A stretch of 64,000 nt of DNA from Gemmatimonadota bacterium (GCA_040388535.1 JAZKBR010000005.1:2938-66937), one strand, 5' to 3'. Positions 26,816 to 37,079 are shown, counted from the first letter of the stretch. Numbers and translations: made by a program. The notes: generated by a model not told the origin, from the sequence alone.

Positions 26816-29674
26816 GTGGTCAAGAGTCGTGTGCACGACCTCGCTGCGGAATTCAGCGTTCCTGTGGAACAGCTCATGGGAATGCTGCGCGAAATGAACA
26901 TCTTCGTGCGCAGCCATATGTCGTCGCTGGAGCCCGATCAGGTCTCCGCAGTGCGAGTGCGGTGGGAACGCGAGAAGCGCAAGGCAGCTGAAGCGCCGGC
27001 CCCGAAGAAGGGTCGCCGCAAGGTCGTCGAAGCGCCCGCGCCCGCACCCGTCGCCGAGGCGAAGCCGGTGCGTCGTCGTCGCACCGCCGCCGAGGTCGCC
27101 GAGCAGGAAGCCAAGGCCGCCGTCGATGCGGAGCACGAAGCCAAGGTGGCCTTCGAGCTGCCGCCCGCGCTCGAGCTCGAGAAGCCGGCATCCGACGTGA
27201 AGCCGGGGCTCTCGCTCGAGGAGCGCGCGAAGCTGCTCTTCAAGGACCTCCCGCCGGAACCAGCGGCTCCCGAGGCCGAGCCGGCCGCCGAGACCGAGCC
27301 AACCGCCGCCGCACCCGTGGCTGAGAAGCCTGTGGCACCGGCTGTCGAGCCAGCCCCGGCGGTGGAGCGGCCGTTCATCCCGCAGCGGCCTTCGATGCCG
27401 CCGCGGCCGAGCGCGCCTCAGACCAGGCAACCAACGCAGGGCGACCCGACCACCGCACCCTCAGGTCCCGGGGGCGTCCCCAAGCCGTTCATTCCACCTC
27501 GCATTCAGCGTCCGGCGCCTGCCGCCGGCGGTCAGCAGGGTGGTCGTCCGTCCGGCCCACCGCAACGTGGTGGACAGGGCAGTGGACCCGGCGGCCGTCC
27601 GCGTCCGGTCTTCTCTTCGAGCACGCCCGCACCTGGGCGCGCTGGGAGTGGTCCGGCCTCGCCCGGCGCGCCGGTCGCGCGCACCTTCGGCCCTGATGCC
27701 CAGCCGGGCGGTGGCCGCAAGAAGGGGAAGAAGGGAAAGAAGAGCTTCGTCGACCAGGATCAGGTGCAGGCCAACATCCTGAAGACGCTGCACGGGATGA
27801 AGGGCACTGCTGGTCCGCGCAAGAAGACCCGCTCCGACGAGCCGTCGTACCGCGATATCATCGCGTCGCGTGCGGCCGAGGAAAAGGAGCGCGAGAAGAC
27901 CCGGATTCGCGTCAACGAGTTCATCTCGGTGAGCGAGCTCGCGGCCGCAATGAAGATTCCGGCCAACCAGATCGTCGCGTTCGCCTTCAAGGAACTCGGC
28001 CTGATGGTCACCGTGAACCAGCGGCTCGACTTCGACCAGATCGAACTGATCGCGTCGGAATTCGGCTTCGAGGCCGTGAAGGAAGAGGAGTACCACGCCG
28101 AGGTCGAGGTCGAGGAAGTCGAGGAGACGGGCGAGAAGGAATGGCGCCCGCCAGTCGTGACCATCATGGGTCACGTCGACCACGGCAAGACCTCGCTGCT
28201 CGACTACATCCGCAAGGCCAATGTGGTCGCGGGTGAAGCCGGTGGTATCACGCAGCACATCGGTGCCTATCACATCGAATTGCCGGGGAAGCGCTCCATC
28301 ACCTTCCTCGACACACCGGGTCACCAGGCGTTCACCGCCATGCGTGCTCGTGGTGCGCAGGTCACCGACCTCGTCGTGCTGGTGATCGCGGCCGATGACC
28401 AGGTCATGCCGCAGACCGTCGAAGCGATCTCGCATGCCAAGAACGCTGGCGTGCCGCTGATTGTGGCCATCAACAAGATCGACCTCCCCTCCGCGAACGT
28501 CGCGAAGGTGAAGCAGGACCTGCTGCAGCACAGCGTCGTGCTCGAAGAGTTCGGCGGCCAGGTGATGCACACCCCGATCTCGGCGAAGAGTGGTCTCGGC
28601 GTGCCCGACCTGCTCGAGCAGATCCTGCTGCAGGCCGAAATTCTCGAGCTCAAGGCGAATCCCGATGCCCGCCCGGTCGGTACCGTCATCGAAGCGACGC
28701 TCGATCCGGGCAAGGGCCCGATCGCCACGGTGCTGGTGCAGAAGGGCACCATCCGCGTTGGCGACAACTTCATCTGCGGCAAGTTCTCCGGCCGCGTGCG
28801 CGCACTCTTCGATGAGCGCGGCAAGACGGTGAAGTCGGCCGGTCCGTCGATTCCGGTGCAGATCCTCGGCTTCGAGGGTGTTCCGGCCGCGGGCGATTCG
28901 TTCCAGGTGCTCACCGATGCCACCGAAGCGCGTGAGATCGCGCAGAAGCGTCAGCGGCTCGAGCGCGAAGCACAGAACCGTCGTACCGCTCGTGGCGGCA
29001 CGCTGGAAGACATCTCGCGCGCACTCAAGGAAGGCGCGGTCACCCAGCTGCGGATCATCATCAAGGCCGACCAGGGTGGTCCAGCCGAAGCACTGGCCGA
29101 CTCGCTCGCTCAGCTCGGCACCGGCGAAGTCCGCGTCGACATCGTGCACCGTGGCGTCGGTCAGATCAGCGAGAGCGATGTGCTGCTCGCGAAGGCGTCG
29201 GGAGCGATCATTCTCGGCTTCCACGTCCGTCCTGATGCCAATGCCCGGAACGCCGCCGAACGTGAAGGCGTCGACATCCGGACCTATCGCATCATCTACG
29301 AAGCCGTCGAGGACGTGAAGAACGCGCTCGAGGGCCTGCTCAAGCCGGAGGAGAAGGAGACCATCCTCGGCGAAGCGGAAATCATCGAGCTGTTCAAGGT
29401 CACGCGGGTCGGCACCATCGCCGGCTGCATTGTTCGCTCGGGGACCATCACGCGCACCTCGAAGGCGCGTGTCCTCCGCGATGGCGTCACCATGTACACC
29501 GGCGAGTTGTCGTCGCTGAAGCGCTTCAAGGACGACGCCAAGGAAGTGAAGGAAGGGCAGGAGTGCGGTATCGGCATCGAGAACTTCAACGACCTCAAGG
29601 TCGGTGACCGGATCGAGGCCTACCGTCTCGAAGAGATCAAGCGCACCCTGGCCGCTTCGGCGGCGCAGGACTGA
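26816..29674 (+). CDS. infB: Translation initiation factor IF-2
   Basis: A GTG at 26816 has GGAGGAG 7 nt upstream. The protein has an IF2 N-domain (VHDLAAEFSV), a Pro/Ala-rich linker and a GTPase core (IMGHVDHGKTSLLD, DTPGH, NKID). Confidence 0.95.
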   Translation: MVKSRVHDLAAEFSVPVEQLMGMLREMNIFVRSHMSSLEPDQVSAVRVRWEREKRKAAEAPAPKKGRRKVVEAPAPAPVAEAKPVRRRRTAAEVAEQEAKAAVDAEHEAKVAFELPPALELEKPASDVKPGLSLEERAKLLFKDLPPEPAAPEAEPAAETEPTAAAPVAEKPVAPAVEPAPAVERPFIPQRPSMPPRPSAPQTRQPTQGDPTTAPSGPGGVPKPFIPPRIQRPAPAAGGQQGGRPSGPPQRGGQGSGPGGRPRPVFSSSTPAPGRAGSGPASPGAPVARTFGPDAQPGGGRKKGKKGKKSFVDQDQVQANILKTLHGMKGTAGPRKKTRSDEPSYRDIIASRAAEEKEREKTRIRVNEFISVSELAAAMKIPANQIVAFAFKELGLMVTVNQRLDFDQIELIASEFGFEAVKEEEYHAEVEVEEVEETGEKEWRPPVVTIMGHVDHGKTSLLDYIRKANVVAGEAGGITQHIGAYHIELPGKRSITFLDTPGHQAFTAMRARGAQVTDLVVLVIAADDQVMPQTVEAISHAKNAGVPLIVAINKIDLPSANVAKVKQDLLQHSVVLEEFGGQVMHTPISAKSGLGVPDLLEQILLQAEILELKANPDARPVGTVIEATLDPGKGPIATVLVQKGTIRVGDNFICGKFSGRVRALFDERGKTVKSAGPSIPVQILGFEGVPAAGDSFQVLTDATEAREIAQKRQRLEREAQNRRTARGGTLEDISRALKEGAVTQLRIIIKADQGGPAEALADSLAQLGTGEVRVDIVHRGVGQISESDVLLAKASGAIILGFHVRPDANARNAAEREGVDIRTYRIIYEAVEDVKNALEGLLKPEEKETILGEAEIIELFKVTRVGTIAGCIVRSGTITRTSKARVLRDGVTMYTGELSSLKRFKDDAKEVKEGQECGIGIENFNDLKVGDRIEAYRLEEIKRTLAASAAQD

Positions 29675-29677
29675 TCC

Positions 29678-30049
29678 GTGGGCGGCAAGGGTGCCTCTCG
29701 GCGGCCGGAACAATTGGCCGAGACCATCCGGGCCGTGCTGGCGGAAGCGTTGCTGCGCGGGGATGTGCGCGATCCCCGTGTGAGCATGGTGACGGTGAGC
29801 TCGGTGGAAGTCACCCGCGATCTGTCGCACGCGACCATCCGCGTGGTGCCGCACGGCGACGATGCCGCGAAGGATGAAGCGGTCGCGGGGCTGGTGAGTG
29901 CCGCCGGATTCCTGCGGCGGATGGTGGCACAGACGCTGACCACGCGGATCGTGCCGGAGTTGCACTTCGTCCGCGATCGTGGTCACGAGCACGCCGCGCG
30001 GATTGACGAGTTGCTCGCGGGATTGAAACACGAGGAGGAACCCTCCTGA
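29678..30049 (+). CDS. rbfA: Ribosome-binding factor A
   Basis: RbfA pattern (VRDPRVSMVTVSSVEVTRDLSHATI) and its position after infB. Confidence 0.92.
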   Translation: MGGKGASRRPEQLAETIRAVLAEALLRGDVRDPRVSMVTVSSVEVTRDLSHATIRVVPHGDDAAKDEAVAGLVSAAGFLRRMVAQTLTTRIVPELHFVRDRGHEHAARIDELLAGLKHEEEPS

Positions 30050-30903
30050 TCGGGGGGCTGCTCATTGACAAGCCGGCGGGGTGGACGTCGCACGATGTTG
30101 TCGCGGTCGTTCGCAAGCGCCTGAATACCCGGAGCGTCGGCCACGCCGGCACGCTCGATCCGTTCGCGACCGGTTTGCTGGTCGTGCTGGTCGGGCGGGC
30201 GACACGCCTGGCTCGTTTCATCGAAGGCGCCGAGAAGCGCTACGATGCGCAGGTCCGATTCGGACACTCGAGTGACACCGATGATTCCACTGGTGCGATG
30301 TCGGACACGGCGATTCCCCTGGAGTGGCCGTCAGACGCCGAGGTCGACGCCGCGAGAGTCTCGCTCCTCGGCCGCCAGATGCAGGTGCCGCCGGCCTATT
30401 CGGCCAAGCACGTGGCCGGGACTCGAAGCTATGCGCTTGCGCGCGCGGGACACGCGGTCGAACTGCCGCCAGTCGAGGTGATGGTGCACGCGCTCGAAGT
30501 GACCAGCTGGACGCCGCCGGATCTGCGACTTGCGGCCACGGTCGGACGCGGGACGTACATCCGCGCCCTCGCGAGAGATCTGGGCGTGCGGCTCGGTATC
30601 CCGGCGCACTGCGCCGAGTTGCGCCGCACATCGATCGGGCCGTTTCAGGTGGCGGATGCCGTAGGGCCGGATGAGGTGACGGCGAGTGCGCTGCTGACGC
30701 CCGCGCAGATGCTGCAGCACTTGCCGGCCGAAGTGGTAAGCGCCGATGGCGTACGCGAGCTGGGGTTCGGACGCGTATTGCCGCAGCAGTCGCCGTCTAC
30801 CGGCTTCGGAGCGCTCCTCGCCGACGACGGCAGGCTCGTGGCCGTGGCGGAGGGGCGGGACGGAAGCTGGTTCCCGGTCGTGGTCCTGGAGCCCGCCGCG
30901 TGA
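30046..30903 (+). CDS. truB: tRNA pseudouridine(55) synthase TruB (non-canonical CTG start proposed)
   Basis: Conserved GGLLIDKPAGWTSHD and the catalytic HAGTLDPFATG are encoded at 30052-30171. That is upstream of the first ATG/GTG/TTG in frame (TTG 30175). The CTG at 30046 has GAGGAGGA 6 nt upstream. Confidence 0.85.
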   Translation: MIGGLLIDKPAGWTSHDVVAVVRKRLNTRSVGHAGTLDPFATGLLVVLVGRATRLARFIEGAEKRYDAQVRFGHSSDTDDSTGAMSDTAIPLEWPSDAEVDAARVSLLGRQMQVPPAYSAKHVAGTRSYALARAGHAVELPPVEVMVHALEVTSWTPPDLRLAATVGRGTYIRALARDLGVRLGIPAHCAELRRTSIGPFQVADAVGPDEVTASALLTPAQMLQHLPAEVVSADGVRELGFGRVLPQQSPSTGFGALLADDGRLVAVAEGRDGSWFPVVVLEPAA

Positions 30904-31850
30904 CGCCGGTCGCGGTACCACCGAGCGGCAGCGTGGTGACCGTCGGGACCTTCGACGGTGTGCACCTGGGGCACCACGCGGTGCTCGACGAGATCACGGC
31001 GCGAGCGCAGGCAGCCGGGCGGGCGAGTGTCCTCGTCACCTTCGAGCCGCATCCGCTCGAAGTCGTGAATCCGGGTGCTGCACCGCAACGTCTGACGACG
31101 CGGGAAGAACGGCTGGAGTGTCTGGCGGTGTCGCAACTCGACCGCGTGGTGGAGTTGCACTTCGAGCGGGCGATGGCGGCGATGGGGCCGGAGCAGTTTG
31201 TCGACGAGGTGCTGCTCGCGCGCTGCGGCATGCGTGAGCTCGTGATCGGACACGATCACGGTTTCGGGCGAGGGCGCAGCGGCGACGTCGAGACGCTGCG
31301 CAGGCTCGGTGAGGTTCGCGGCTTTCCGGTCGATGTAGTAGAGCCAGTGCGGGCCGAGGGCGGCATGTCGGTGTCGAGTACAGCGATCCGACGGGCGATT
31401 GCGGGCGGTGATCTCGATCACGCGGCGCGCTGGCTCGGTCGACCCTACTCAGTGAGTGCCGAGGTGGAGCACGGGGCGGCACGCGGCCGGACGATCGGCT
31501 TCCCGACGCTGAACCTCCGGGTGACGCCGCGGAAGTTGCTGCCACCCGATGGTGTGTACGCCGTTGTAGTCGATACGCCCGTCGGCCGGTTTGGCGGGAT
31601 GATGAATCAGGGGCACCGTCCCACGTTCGACGACGGGCGCCGCTTGCTGGAAATCCACCTCTTCGGTTTCGAGGGGGATCTGTACCACCGCTGGGTGCGT
31701 GTCACCTGGATCGCACCCCTGCGGGAGATTCGCCGTTTCGACGGCGTGGCGGCGCTCCAGCAGCAGTTGCTGGTCGACCGTACCCTCGCGATGGCCACGC
31801 TGGCCGCCGCGAATCCGGACCTTGATGCGCCGCTGACGGCGCCCGAGTGA
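30900..31850 (+). CDS. ribF: Bifunctional riboflavin kinase / FMN adenylyltransferase
   Basis: VTVGTFDGVHLGH in the FAD synthetase domain and PTLN...GVYA...H in the kinase domain. GTGA overlap with truB. Confidence 0.93.
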   Translation: MTPVAVPPSGSVVTVGTFDGVHLGHHAVLDEITARAQAAGRASVLVTFEPHPLEVVNPGAAPQRLTTREERLECLAVSQLDRVVELHFERAMAAMGPEQFVDEVLLARCGMRELVIGHDHGFGRGRSGDVETLRRLGEVRGFPVDVVEPVRAEGGMSVSSTAIRRAIAGGDLDHAARWLGRPYSVSAEVEHGAARGRTIGFPTLNLRVTPRKLLPPDGVYAVVVDTPVGRFGGMMNQGHRPTFDDGRRLLEIHLFGFEGDLYHRWVRVTWIAPLREIRRFDGVAALQQQLLVDRTLAMATLAAANPDLDAPLTAPE

Positions 31851-33565
31851 TGATGCTTGCTACCATCCGCAACCGATTGATCCTGATCGCCGCGCTTGTC
31901 GTGGTGTCGATCGCGTATCTCATCCCGCGTACCGTGACCGTGCGTGAGCGCGGCCCCGACGGGGTGATGCACGACGCCAAAATCAAGCGCGTGCCGCTCA
32001 AGCTCGGCCTCGACCTGCAGGGCGGGATGCATATCGGTCTCGACCTCGATCAGTCGCAGAAGGTCTCGGCCAACCCATCGGGCGATCTCGACATCGCGCT
32101 CGGCGTGCTCCGCAAGCGCATCGACCAGTTCGGCGTGACCGAACCGGTGATCCAGCGCGTCGGTGACCGCATCGTCGTCGAACTCGCCGGGCTCAAGGAG
32201 CCGGAGCGCGCCAAGGCGATCGTCACCAGCAACGCCTTCCTCGAGTTCCGCCTTTCCGACAAGAGTGGCGCCTTCGAGAATGCGTTGCCGTCGATGGACC
32301 GCGCGCTCGCCCAGCTCGGCGTCAAGAGCCTGACCCCCGATGGTGCTGCGCCTGCGAAGGGCGTCGAGGCGCTGCTCGGTGGCAAGGACACCACCAAGTC
32401 GGCGGCCGCGGATACCTCGAAGAAAGCTGCCGCGAAGAGCGACACGGGCAAGGCCGCGCCGGCGGCCAAGGCTGCCACCGACACCTCGGCCAAGGTTGGC
32501 TCGGTGCTGCAGAGCCTGATCACGTCGTCGACGGCGATCGGCAGCCGGGTGCCGGGTGAATACGTCGTGCAGGAGTCCGCGTATCCGCGCGTCGACTCGC
32601 TGCTGCACCTCCCCGAGATCAAGCGACTCTGGCCGCGTGGTGTTGACCTCAAGTGGGCGCAGTCGCCCACGGCGGTCGGTGCCGAGCAGGTCCGGATGCT
32701 CTACGCCCTCGACGACAAGCCGATCGTGACCGGAGAGTCGCTCGAGGATGCGACGGCGCAGATTGATCAGCTGACCAATCGCCCGATCGTGAACTTTGCC
32801 CTCGACCGCGCGGGCGGCCGCCGCTTCGGCGCCCAAACCGGTTCGCACGTCGGTGACTTCATGGCGATCGTCCTCGACAACTTCGTTCAGGGTCCGCCGC
32901 CGGTCATCAACTCGCGCATCGACCGTCGTGGTCAGATCGAACTCGGCGGCCGCTCGATTGCCGATGCGCAGGATCTGGCGCTGACGCTCAAGGCCGGCTC
33001 GCTGCCGGTGCCACTCAAGATCGTCGAGGAGAAGCAGGTCCTCGCTTCACTTGGTGCCGACTCGATTCATGAGGGGATCACCGCCGGCATCGTCGGCACG
33101 ATCTGCGTCATCCTCATCATGGTGGGCTACTACCGGATGTCGGGCGCCCTCGCGGTTGCCGCGCTCGCACTCTATCTGCTCTTCACGCTCGCCGGGCTCA
33201 GCGCCATCGAGGCGACCCTGACCTTGCCGGGCATCGCCGGTATCGCCCTCTCGGTCGGTATCGCCGTCGACGCGAACGTGCTGATCTTCGAGCGCATCCG
33301 CGAGGAGCTCATCGCCGGGCGCAGTACCCGCATCGCGGTGGAGGAGGGCTTCCGTCACGCGATGGCTGCCATCGTCGACTCCAACGTGGCGACGGTGCTG
33401 ACCGCGCTCTTCCTCTTCCAGTTCGGTACCGGCCCGGTGAAGGGCTTCGCCGTGACACTGATCCTGGGTATCGCGGCCTCGATGATCACCGCCGTGTTCG
33501 CGACCAAGACCTTCTTCCTGATCTGGCTGGATCGGAAGTCTGACGCTACAACGCTGAGCATCTGA
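31847..33565 (+). CDS. secD: Protein translocase subunit SecD
   Basis: LGLDLQGG, a large periplasmic domain, and a C-terminal 6-TM SecD/F domain. Confidence 0.95.
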   Translation: MMMLATIRNRLILIAALVVVSIAYLIPRTVTVRERGPDGVMHDAKIKRVPLKLGLDLQGGMHIGLDLDQSQKVSANPSGDLDIALGVLRKRIDQFGVTEPVIQRVGDRIVVELAGLKEPERAKAIVTSNAFLEFRLSDKSGAFENALPSMDRALAQLGVKSLTPDGAAPAKGVEALLGGKDTTKSAAADTSKKAAAKSDTGKAAPAAKAATDTSAKVGSVLQSLITSSTAIGSRVPGEYVVQESAYPRVDSLLHLPEIKRLWPRGVDLKWAQSPTAVGAEQVRMLYALDDKPIVTGESLEDATAQIDQLTNRPIVNFALDRAGGRRFGAQTGSHVGDFMAIVLDNFVQGPPPVINSRIDRRGQIELGGRSIADAQDLALTLKAGSLPVPLKIVEEKQVLASLGADSIHEGITAGIVGTICVILIMVGYYRMSGALAVAALALYLLFTLAGLSAIEATLTLPGIAGIALSVGIAVDANVLIFERIREELIAGRSTRIAVEEGFRHAMAAIVDSNVATVLTALFLFQFGTGPVKGFAVTLILGIAASMITAVFATKTFFLIWLDRKSDATTLSI

Positions 33566-33568
33566 CCC

Positions 33569-34531
33569 ATGACGCGAATCTTCGGACACGCGAACTACGA
33601 TTTCATCGGCTACCGGCGCAAGGCGTTCATCATCACGCTGGTGCTGCTGGCCGTCGGCCTGATCGACCTGGCCATCCGCCCGATCACTTACTCGATCGAG
33701 TTCACCGGCGGCACCCAGTACGGCTTCACGGTGCCGACCGGTACCCCGGTCAATGTCGGTGCGGTACGCGCGGGCCTCGACGCCGTGGGTCTCCCGGGCG
33801 CCGAGATCACTTCGTTCGGCACCAATGAGTACCTTGTCACGGCCCGCACGGCCGTGAAGGGCGCCGATGCCGACAACACGTCGAAGACCTCTGCCGCCAT
33901 CACCGGGGCACTCGATAACGTGCTCGGCGCCGGCAAGTGGACCAAGGGGCAGGCTCAGCTGGTCGGGCCGAAAGTCGGTGGCGAATTGCGCAGCAAAGCG
34001 TTCCTCGCCGTCTTCCTCTCATTCTTCGCCGTGCTGGCGTATCTGGCCTATCGCTTCGAGTGGCGCTTCGGTGTGGCTGCCGTCCTGGCCACCGCCCACG
34101 ACATCATCCTGACGATCTGTTTCATCTCGATCGTGAAGATGGAAGTGTCGCTGGTGGTGGTTGCCGCGGTGCTCTCGATGGTCGGTTACTCGCTGAACGA
34201 CACCATCATCATCTTCGACCGTGTGCGCGAGAACCTGCACAAGCACCGGCGCGATGAACTGACGAGCATCCTGAATCGCTCGATCAATGAGACGCTGCCA
34301 CGCTCGGTGCTGACCCACGCGACCACGCTCTCCACGCTTGGTGCACTGGCGATCTTCGGTGGCCAGGTGATCCGTCCGTTTGCCCTGGTGATGTTCTTCG
34401 GTGTCTTTACCGGCACCTTCTCGTCGATCTTCATCGCCCCACCGGTGCTCCGCTACATCGAGCAGCGCTGGCCTGGCATCGACAACCGTGGAGTGAAGGT
34501 CAAGCCGAAGGCGATGCCCGGCACGGTCTGA
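33569..34531 (+). CDS. secF: Protein translocase subunit SecF
   Basis: SecF pattern (DFIGYRRKAFII...GYSLNDTIIIFDRVREN). Confidence 0.95.
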   Translation: MTRIFGHANYDFIGYRRKAFIITLVLLAVGLIDLAIRPITYSIEFTGGTQYGFTVPTGTPVNVGAVRAGLDAVGLPGAEITSFGTNEYLVTARTAVKGADADNTSKTSAAITGALDNVLGAGKWTKGQAQLVGPKVGGELRSKAFLAVFLSFFAVLAYLAYRFEWRFGVAAVLATAHDIILTICFISIVKMEVSLVVVAAVLSMVGYSLNDTIIIFDRVRENLHKHRRDELTSILNRSINETLPRSVLTHATTLSTLGALAIFGGQVIRPFALVMFFGVFTGTFSSIFIAPPVLRYIEQRWPGIDNRGVKVKPKAMPGTV

Positions 34532-34535
34532 CGAC

Positions 34536-35303
34536 GTGCTGATCGACACGCACTGCCATCTCGCCGATCCGGCCTTCGCGCCGGATCGCGACGAGGTGCT
34601 GGAGCGGATGCGCGCGGCCGGGGTCGGCCGCGCGCTTGTCGTTGAGAGTGTCCTGTCACAGCTCGATGCCACCCTCGAATGGATCGCCGGCGAGCCCAAC
34701 CTCGCGCTGGCCACCGGGTGTCACCCGCACGATGCCTCCCGGTGGGATGGCGCGCTGGCCGACCGACTCCGCGCGATATGGCGGCATCCCTCCGTCGCTG
34801 CGGCCGGAGAGATGGGGCTCGACTATCACTACGATCACGCTCCGCGTGACGTGCAGCGTCGAGTCTTCAGCGAACAGCTCGCGCTCGCGGTCGAGTGTGG
34901 TCTGCCGGCGGTCATCCACGCGCGTCAGGCCGACGCCGACGTGGTGGCGATCCTCCGGGAGCAACCTGCCGCCACCGTCGTGCTCCACTCCTTCTCCAGC
35001 GGCTCTGAGTTGCGTGAAGCGGGTCTCGAGTCGGGCTGGTATCTCTCCTTCAGTGGTATGGTCACGTTCAAGTCCTGGACCGACCTCGCGGCGATCGAGC
35101 GGGTGGCGGCCGACCGGATCCTGATCGAGACCGATGCTCCATATCTGGCCCCAGTGCCACATCGCGGCAAAAGGAACGAACCCGGCTTCGTGGTCGAGGT
35201 CTGCCGTCGCCTCGCCGAGATCCGCGGCGAGGCCACGACCGAACTCGCCGCGACCACCACGGCCAATGCCGAACGAGTATTTTTCACCCGACCGAAGCGC
35301 TGA
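34536..35303 (+). CDS. tatD: TatD-family metal-dependent hydrolase
   Basis: MLIDTHCHL, GEMGLDYHY, VIHAR, VLHSFSG and ETDAPYL. Confidence 0.9.
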   Translation: MLIDTHCHLADPAFAPDRDEVLERMRAAGVGRALVVESVLSQLDATLEWIAGEPNLALATGCHPHDASRWDGALADRLRAIWRHPSVAAAGEMGLDYHYDHAPRDVQRRVFSEQLALAVECGLPAVIHARQADADVVAILREQPAATVVLHSFSSGSELREAGLESGWYLSFSGMVTFKSWTDLAAIERVAADRILIETDAPYLAPVPHRGKRNEPGFVVEVCRRLAEIRGEATTELAATTTANAERVFFTRPKR

Positions 35304-35330
35304 CCTTCACTCCTGTCGCCTGGTATTCCG

Positions 35331-35711
35331 ATGACATTTGAGACTATCGCTACGCCCGACGCCCCCAAGGCGATCGGCCCCTACTCCCAGGCCATTGTCG
35401 TCAACGGGCTGCTCTATTCGGCCGGCCAGATTGCCCTGGATCCTGTTTCGATGGAAATCGTGGCGGGTGGCATCGTCGAACAGAGCGAGCGGGTGATGCG
35501 GAATCTTGCCGCCGTGCTGAAGGCCGCGGGGATGGGGTTCGAGAATGTCGTGAAGACGACGGTCTTTCTGGTCGATATGGCCGAGTTCGCCGCGATGAAC
35601 GAAGTCTATGCCCGCCATTTCGGTGACCACCGACCCGCGCGCTCCACCGTGGCCGTGGCCGGCCTCCCCCGGAACGTGCGCGTCGAGATCGAGGTCGTGG
35701 CCGCCCGATAA
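35331..35711 (+). CDS. ridA: RidA/YjgF family reactive-intermediate deaminase
   Basis: A 126-aa protein with APKAIGPYSQA...GQIALDP...PARSTVAVAGLP. Confidence 0.9.
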   Translation: MTFETIATPDAPKAIGPYSQAIVVNGLLYSAGQIALDPVSMEIVAGGIVEQSERVMRNLAAVLKAAGMGFENVVKTTVFLVDMAEFAAMNEVYARHFGDHRPARSTVAVAGLPRNVRVEIEVVAAR

Positions 35712-35778
35712 GCCAAGGGCTGGAGGGGGCTCCCGGCGACCTGCTTGGGATTCCCCTCCGCCATCGCCATTTTTGGGA

Positions 35779-36261
35779 ATGCGCACCCCCGTCGTCTTCT
35801 GCCTCCTGCTGGCCGCCGCAGGCGGTCAACTCGCCGCACAGGACACTACCGCAACCGCTACTACGCCCCGTAGGGCGCCCGTGGCCGTCGCCGACAGCGC
35901 ACCCATCCGCCACAAGCCGCTCAACTATTTCTTCCGCTCGCTGCTGATCCCCGGCTGGGGGCAGGCCTCGCTTGATCGAAAGCTCACCGGCGGCATCTTC
36001 GTGGCGTTCGAAGGGATCGCCCTCGGAATGGCCCTGAAAGCGAATTATGAACTGCGATATCTCACGCGCACCAACTCGCTGCGTGTCGAGGGGAAGCGGG
36101 CCGAGCGGCAGGACTGGTTCTTTCTGGTGGGCGTGAACCATCTCTTTGCAGCGCTCGAAGCATTCGTCTCTGCCAATCTCTACGACTTTCCCGGCGACCT
36201 GCGCATGCGGCCGCTGCCGGGTGGCCGCACCGGCGTCGGCATGACGCTGCCGCTGCGCTGA
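35779..36261 (+). CDS. Hypothetical secreted/membrane protein (DUF5683-like)
   Basis: The ATG at 35779 gives the signal peptide MRTPVVFCLLLAAAGGQLAAQ. The LLIPGWGQ motif follows. The upstream part of the track ORF overlaps ridA and is unlikely to be translated. Confidence 0.6.
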   Translation: MRTPVVFCLLLAAAGGQLAAQDTTATATTPRRAPVAVADSAPIRHKPLNYFFRSLLIPGWGQASLDRKLTGGIFVAFEGIALGMALKANYELRYLTRTNSLRVEGKRAERQDWFFLVGVNHLFAALEAFVSANLYDFPGDLRMRPLPGGRTGVGMTLPLR

Positions 36262-37079
36262 TGCAATCGGCGCCAATCGGAATCTTCGACTCCGGTATCG
36301 GCGGGCTCACGGTGGCGCGGGCGATCCACGCCCTCCTCCCCAATGAGTCGACGATCTACCTCGGCGACACCGCGCGCGTTCCGTACGGCCCCAAGTCGCC
36401 AGAGACGGTGCGACGCTACTCGCGTGAAATTCTTGCCTGGCTGGTATCGCAAGGCGTGAAGGCGGTGGTCGTCGCCTGCAACACCGCGACGGCCCATGCG
36501 CTTGAGGAGTTGCGCCGGATTTCGCCGGTGCCGGTCATCGGCGTGATCGAGCCTGGCGCGCGCGCCGCGGCGCGGGAGTCCGTCGGCGGCAAGGTCGGCG
36601 TCATCGGCACGGCAGGAACCATTGCCTCAGGTGCCTATCGCCGCGCGTTGCAGCAGGCGCGGGCCGGGCTGGATGTCGTGGAGCAGGCATGCCCACTTCT
36701 GGTGCCGTTCGTGGAGGAGGGGTGGCTGGCACATCCCGCCACGCGACTCGTGGCCGAGGAGTATCTCGTACCCTTGCGGGCGCGTCAGGTCGATACTCTC
36801 GTCCTCGGCTGTACCCACTATCCGCTGCTGAAGTCCTTGCTCGGGGATGTGATGGGGCCCGCGGTCCGCCTGATTGATAGTGCCGATGAAACGGCGCGTG
36901 AGCTTGCGGCCACTCTCCATGCGAGCGGGTTGGCGGCAGACGGTTCAGTCGCGCCGTATCAGCGCTGGGCGGCGACCGATGACGTGGAGCGCTTCGCCCG
37001 GGTCGGGGCAGTGTTCATGGGGGAGGCACCGGACGCGGTCGAGCTGGTCACGCTCGACGCGGACGACGCCGTCAGCTGA
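36261..37079 (+). CDS. murI: Glutamate racemase
   Basis: IGIFDSGIGGLTV, VVACNTA and LGCTHYPLL catalytic Cys motifs. Confidence 0.93.
   Translation: MQSAPIGIFDSGIGGLTVARAIHALLPNESTIYLGDTARVPYGPKSPETVRRYSREILAWLVSQGVKAVVVACNTATAHALEELRRISPVPVIGVIEPGARAAARESVGGKVGVIGTAGTIASGAYRRALQQARAGLDVVEQACPLLVPFVEEGWLAHPATRLVAEEYLVPLRARQVDTLVLGCTHYPLLKSLLGDVMGPAVRLIDSADETARELAATLHASGLAADGSVAPYQRWAATDDVERFARVGAVFMGEAPDAVELVTLDADDAVS

Noticed and set aside
27461-30031. An 856-aa minus-strand ORF antisense to infB/rbfA. Similar long antisense or out-of-frame ORFs occur at 11738-13507, 14319-15737, 15734-17215, 16807-18300, 38117-40279, 57752-59572, 59815-61335, 47016-48320, 6963-8735, 17636-19642 and 10908-11825.
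   Set aside because: These are typical high-GC shadow ORFs. They overlap strongly supported conserved genes on the other strand or frame, their translations are Arg/Gly/Pro/Asp-rich low-complexity sequence without motifs, and stop codons are simply rare in GC-rich antisense frames.
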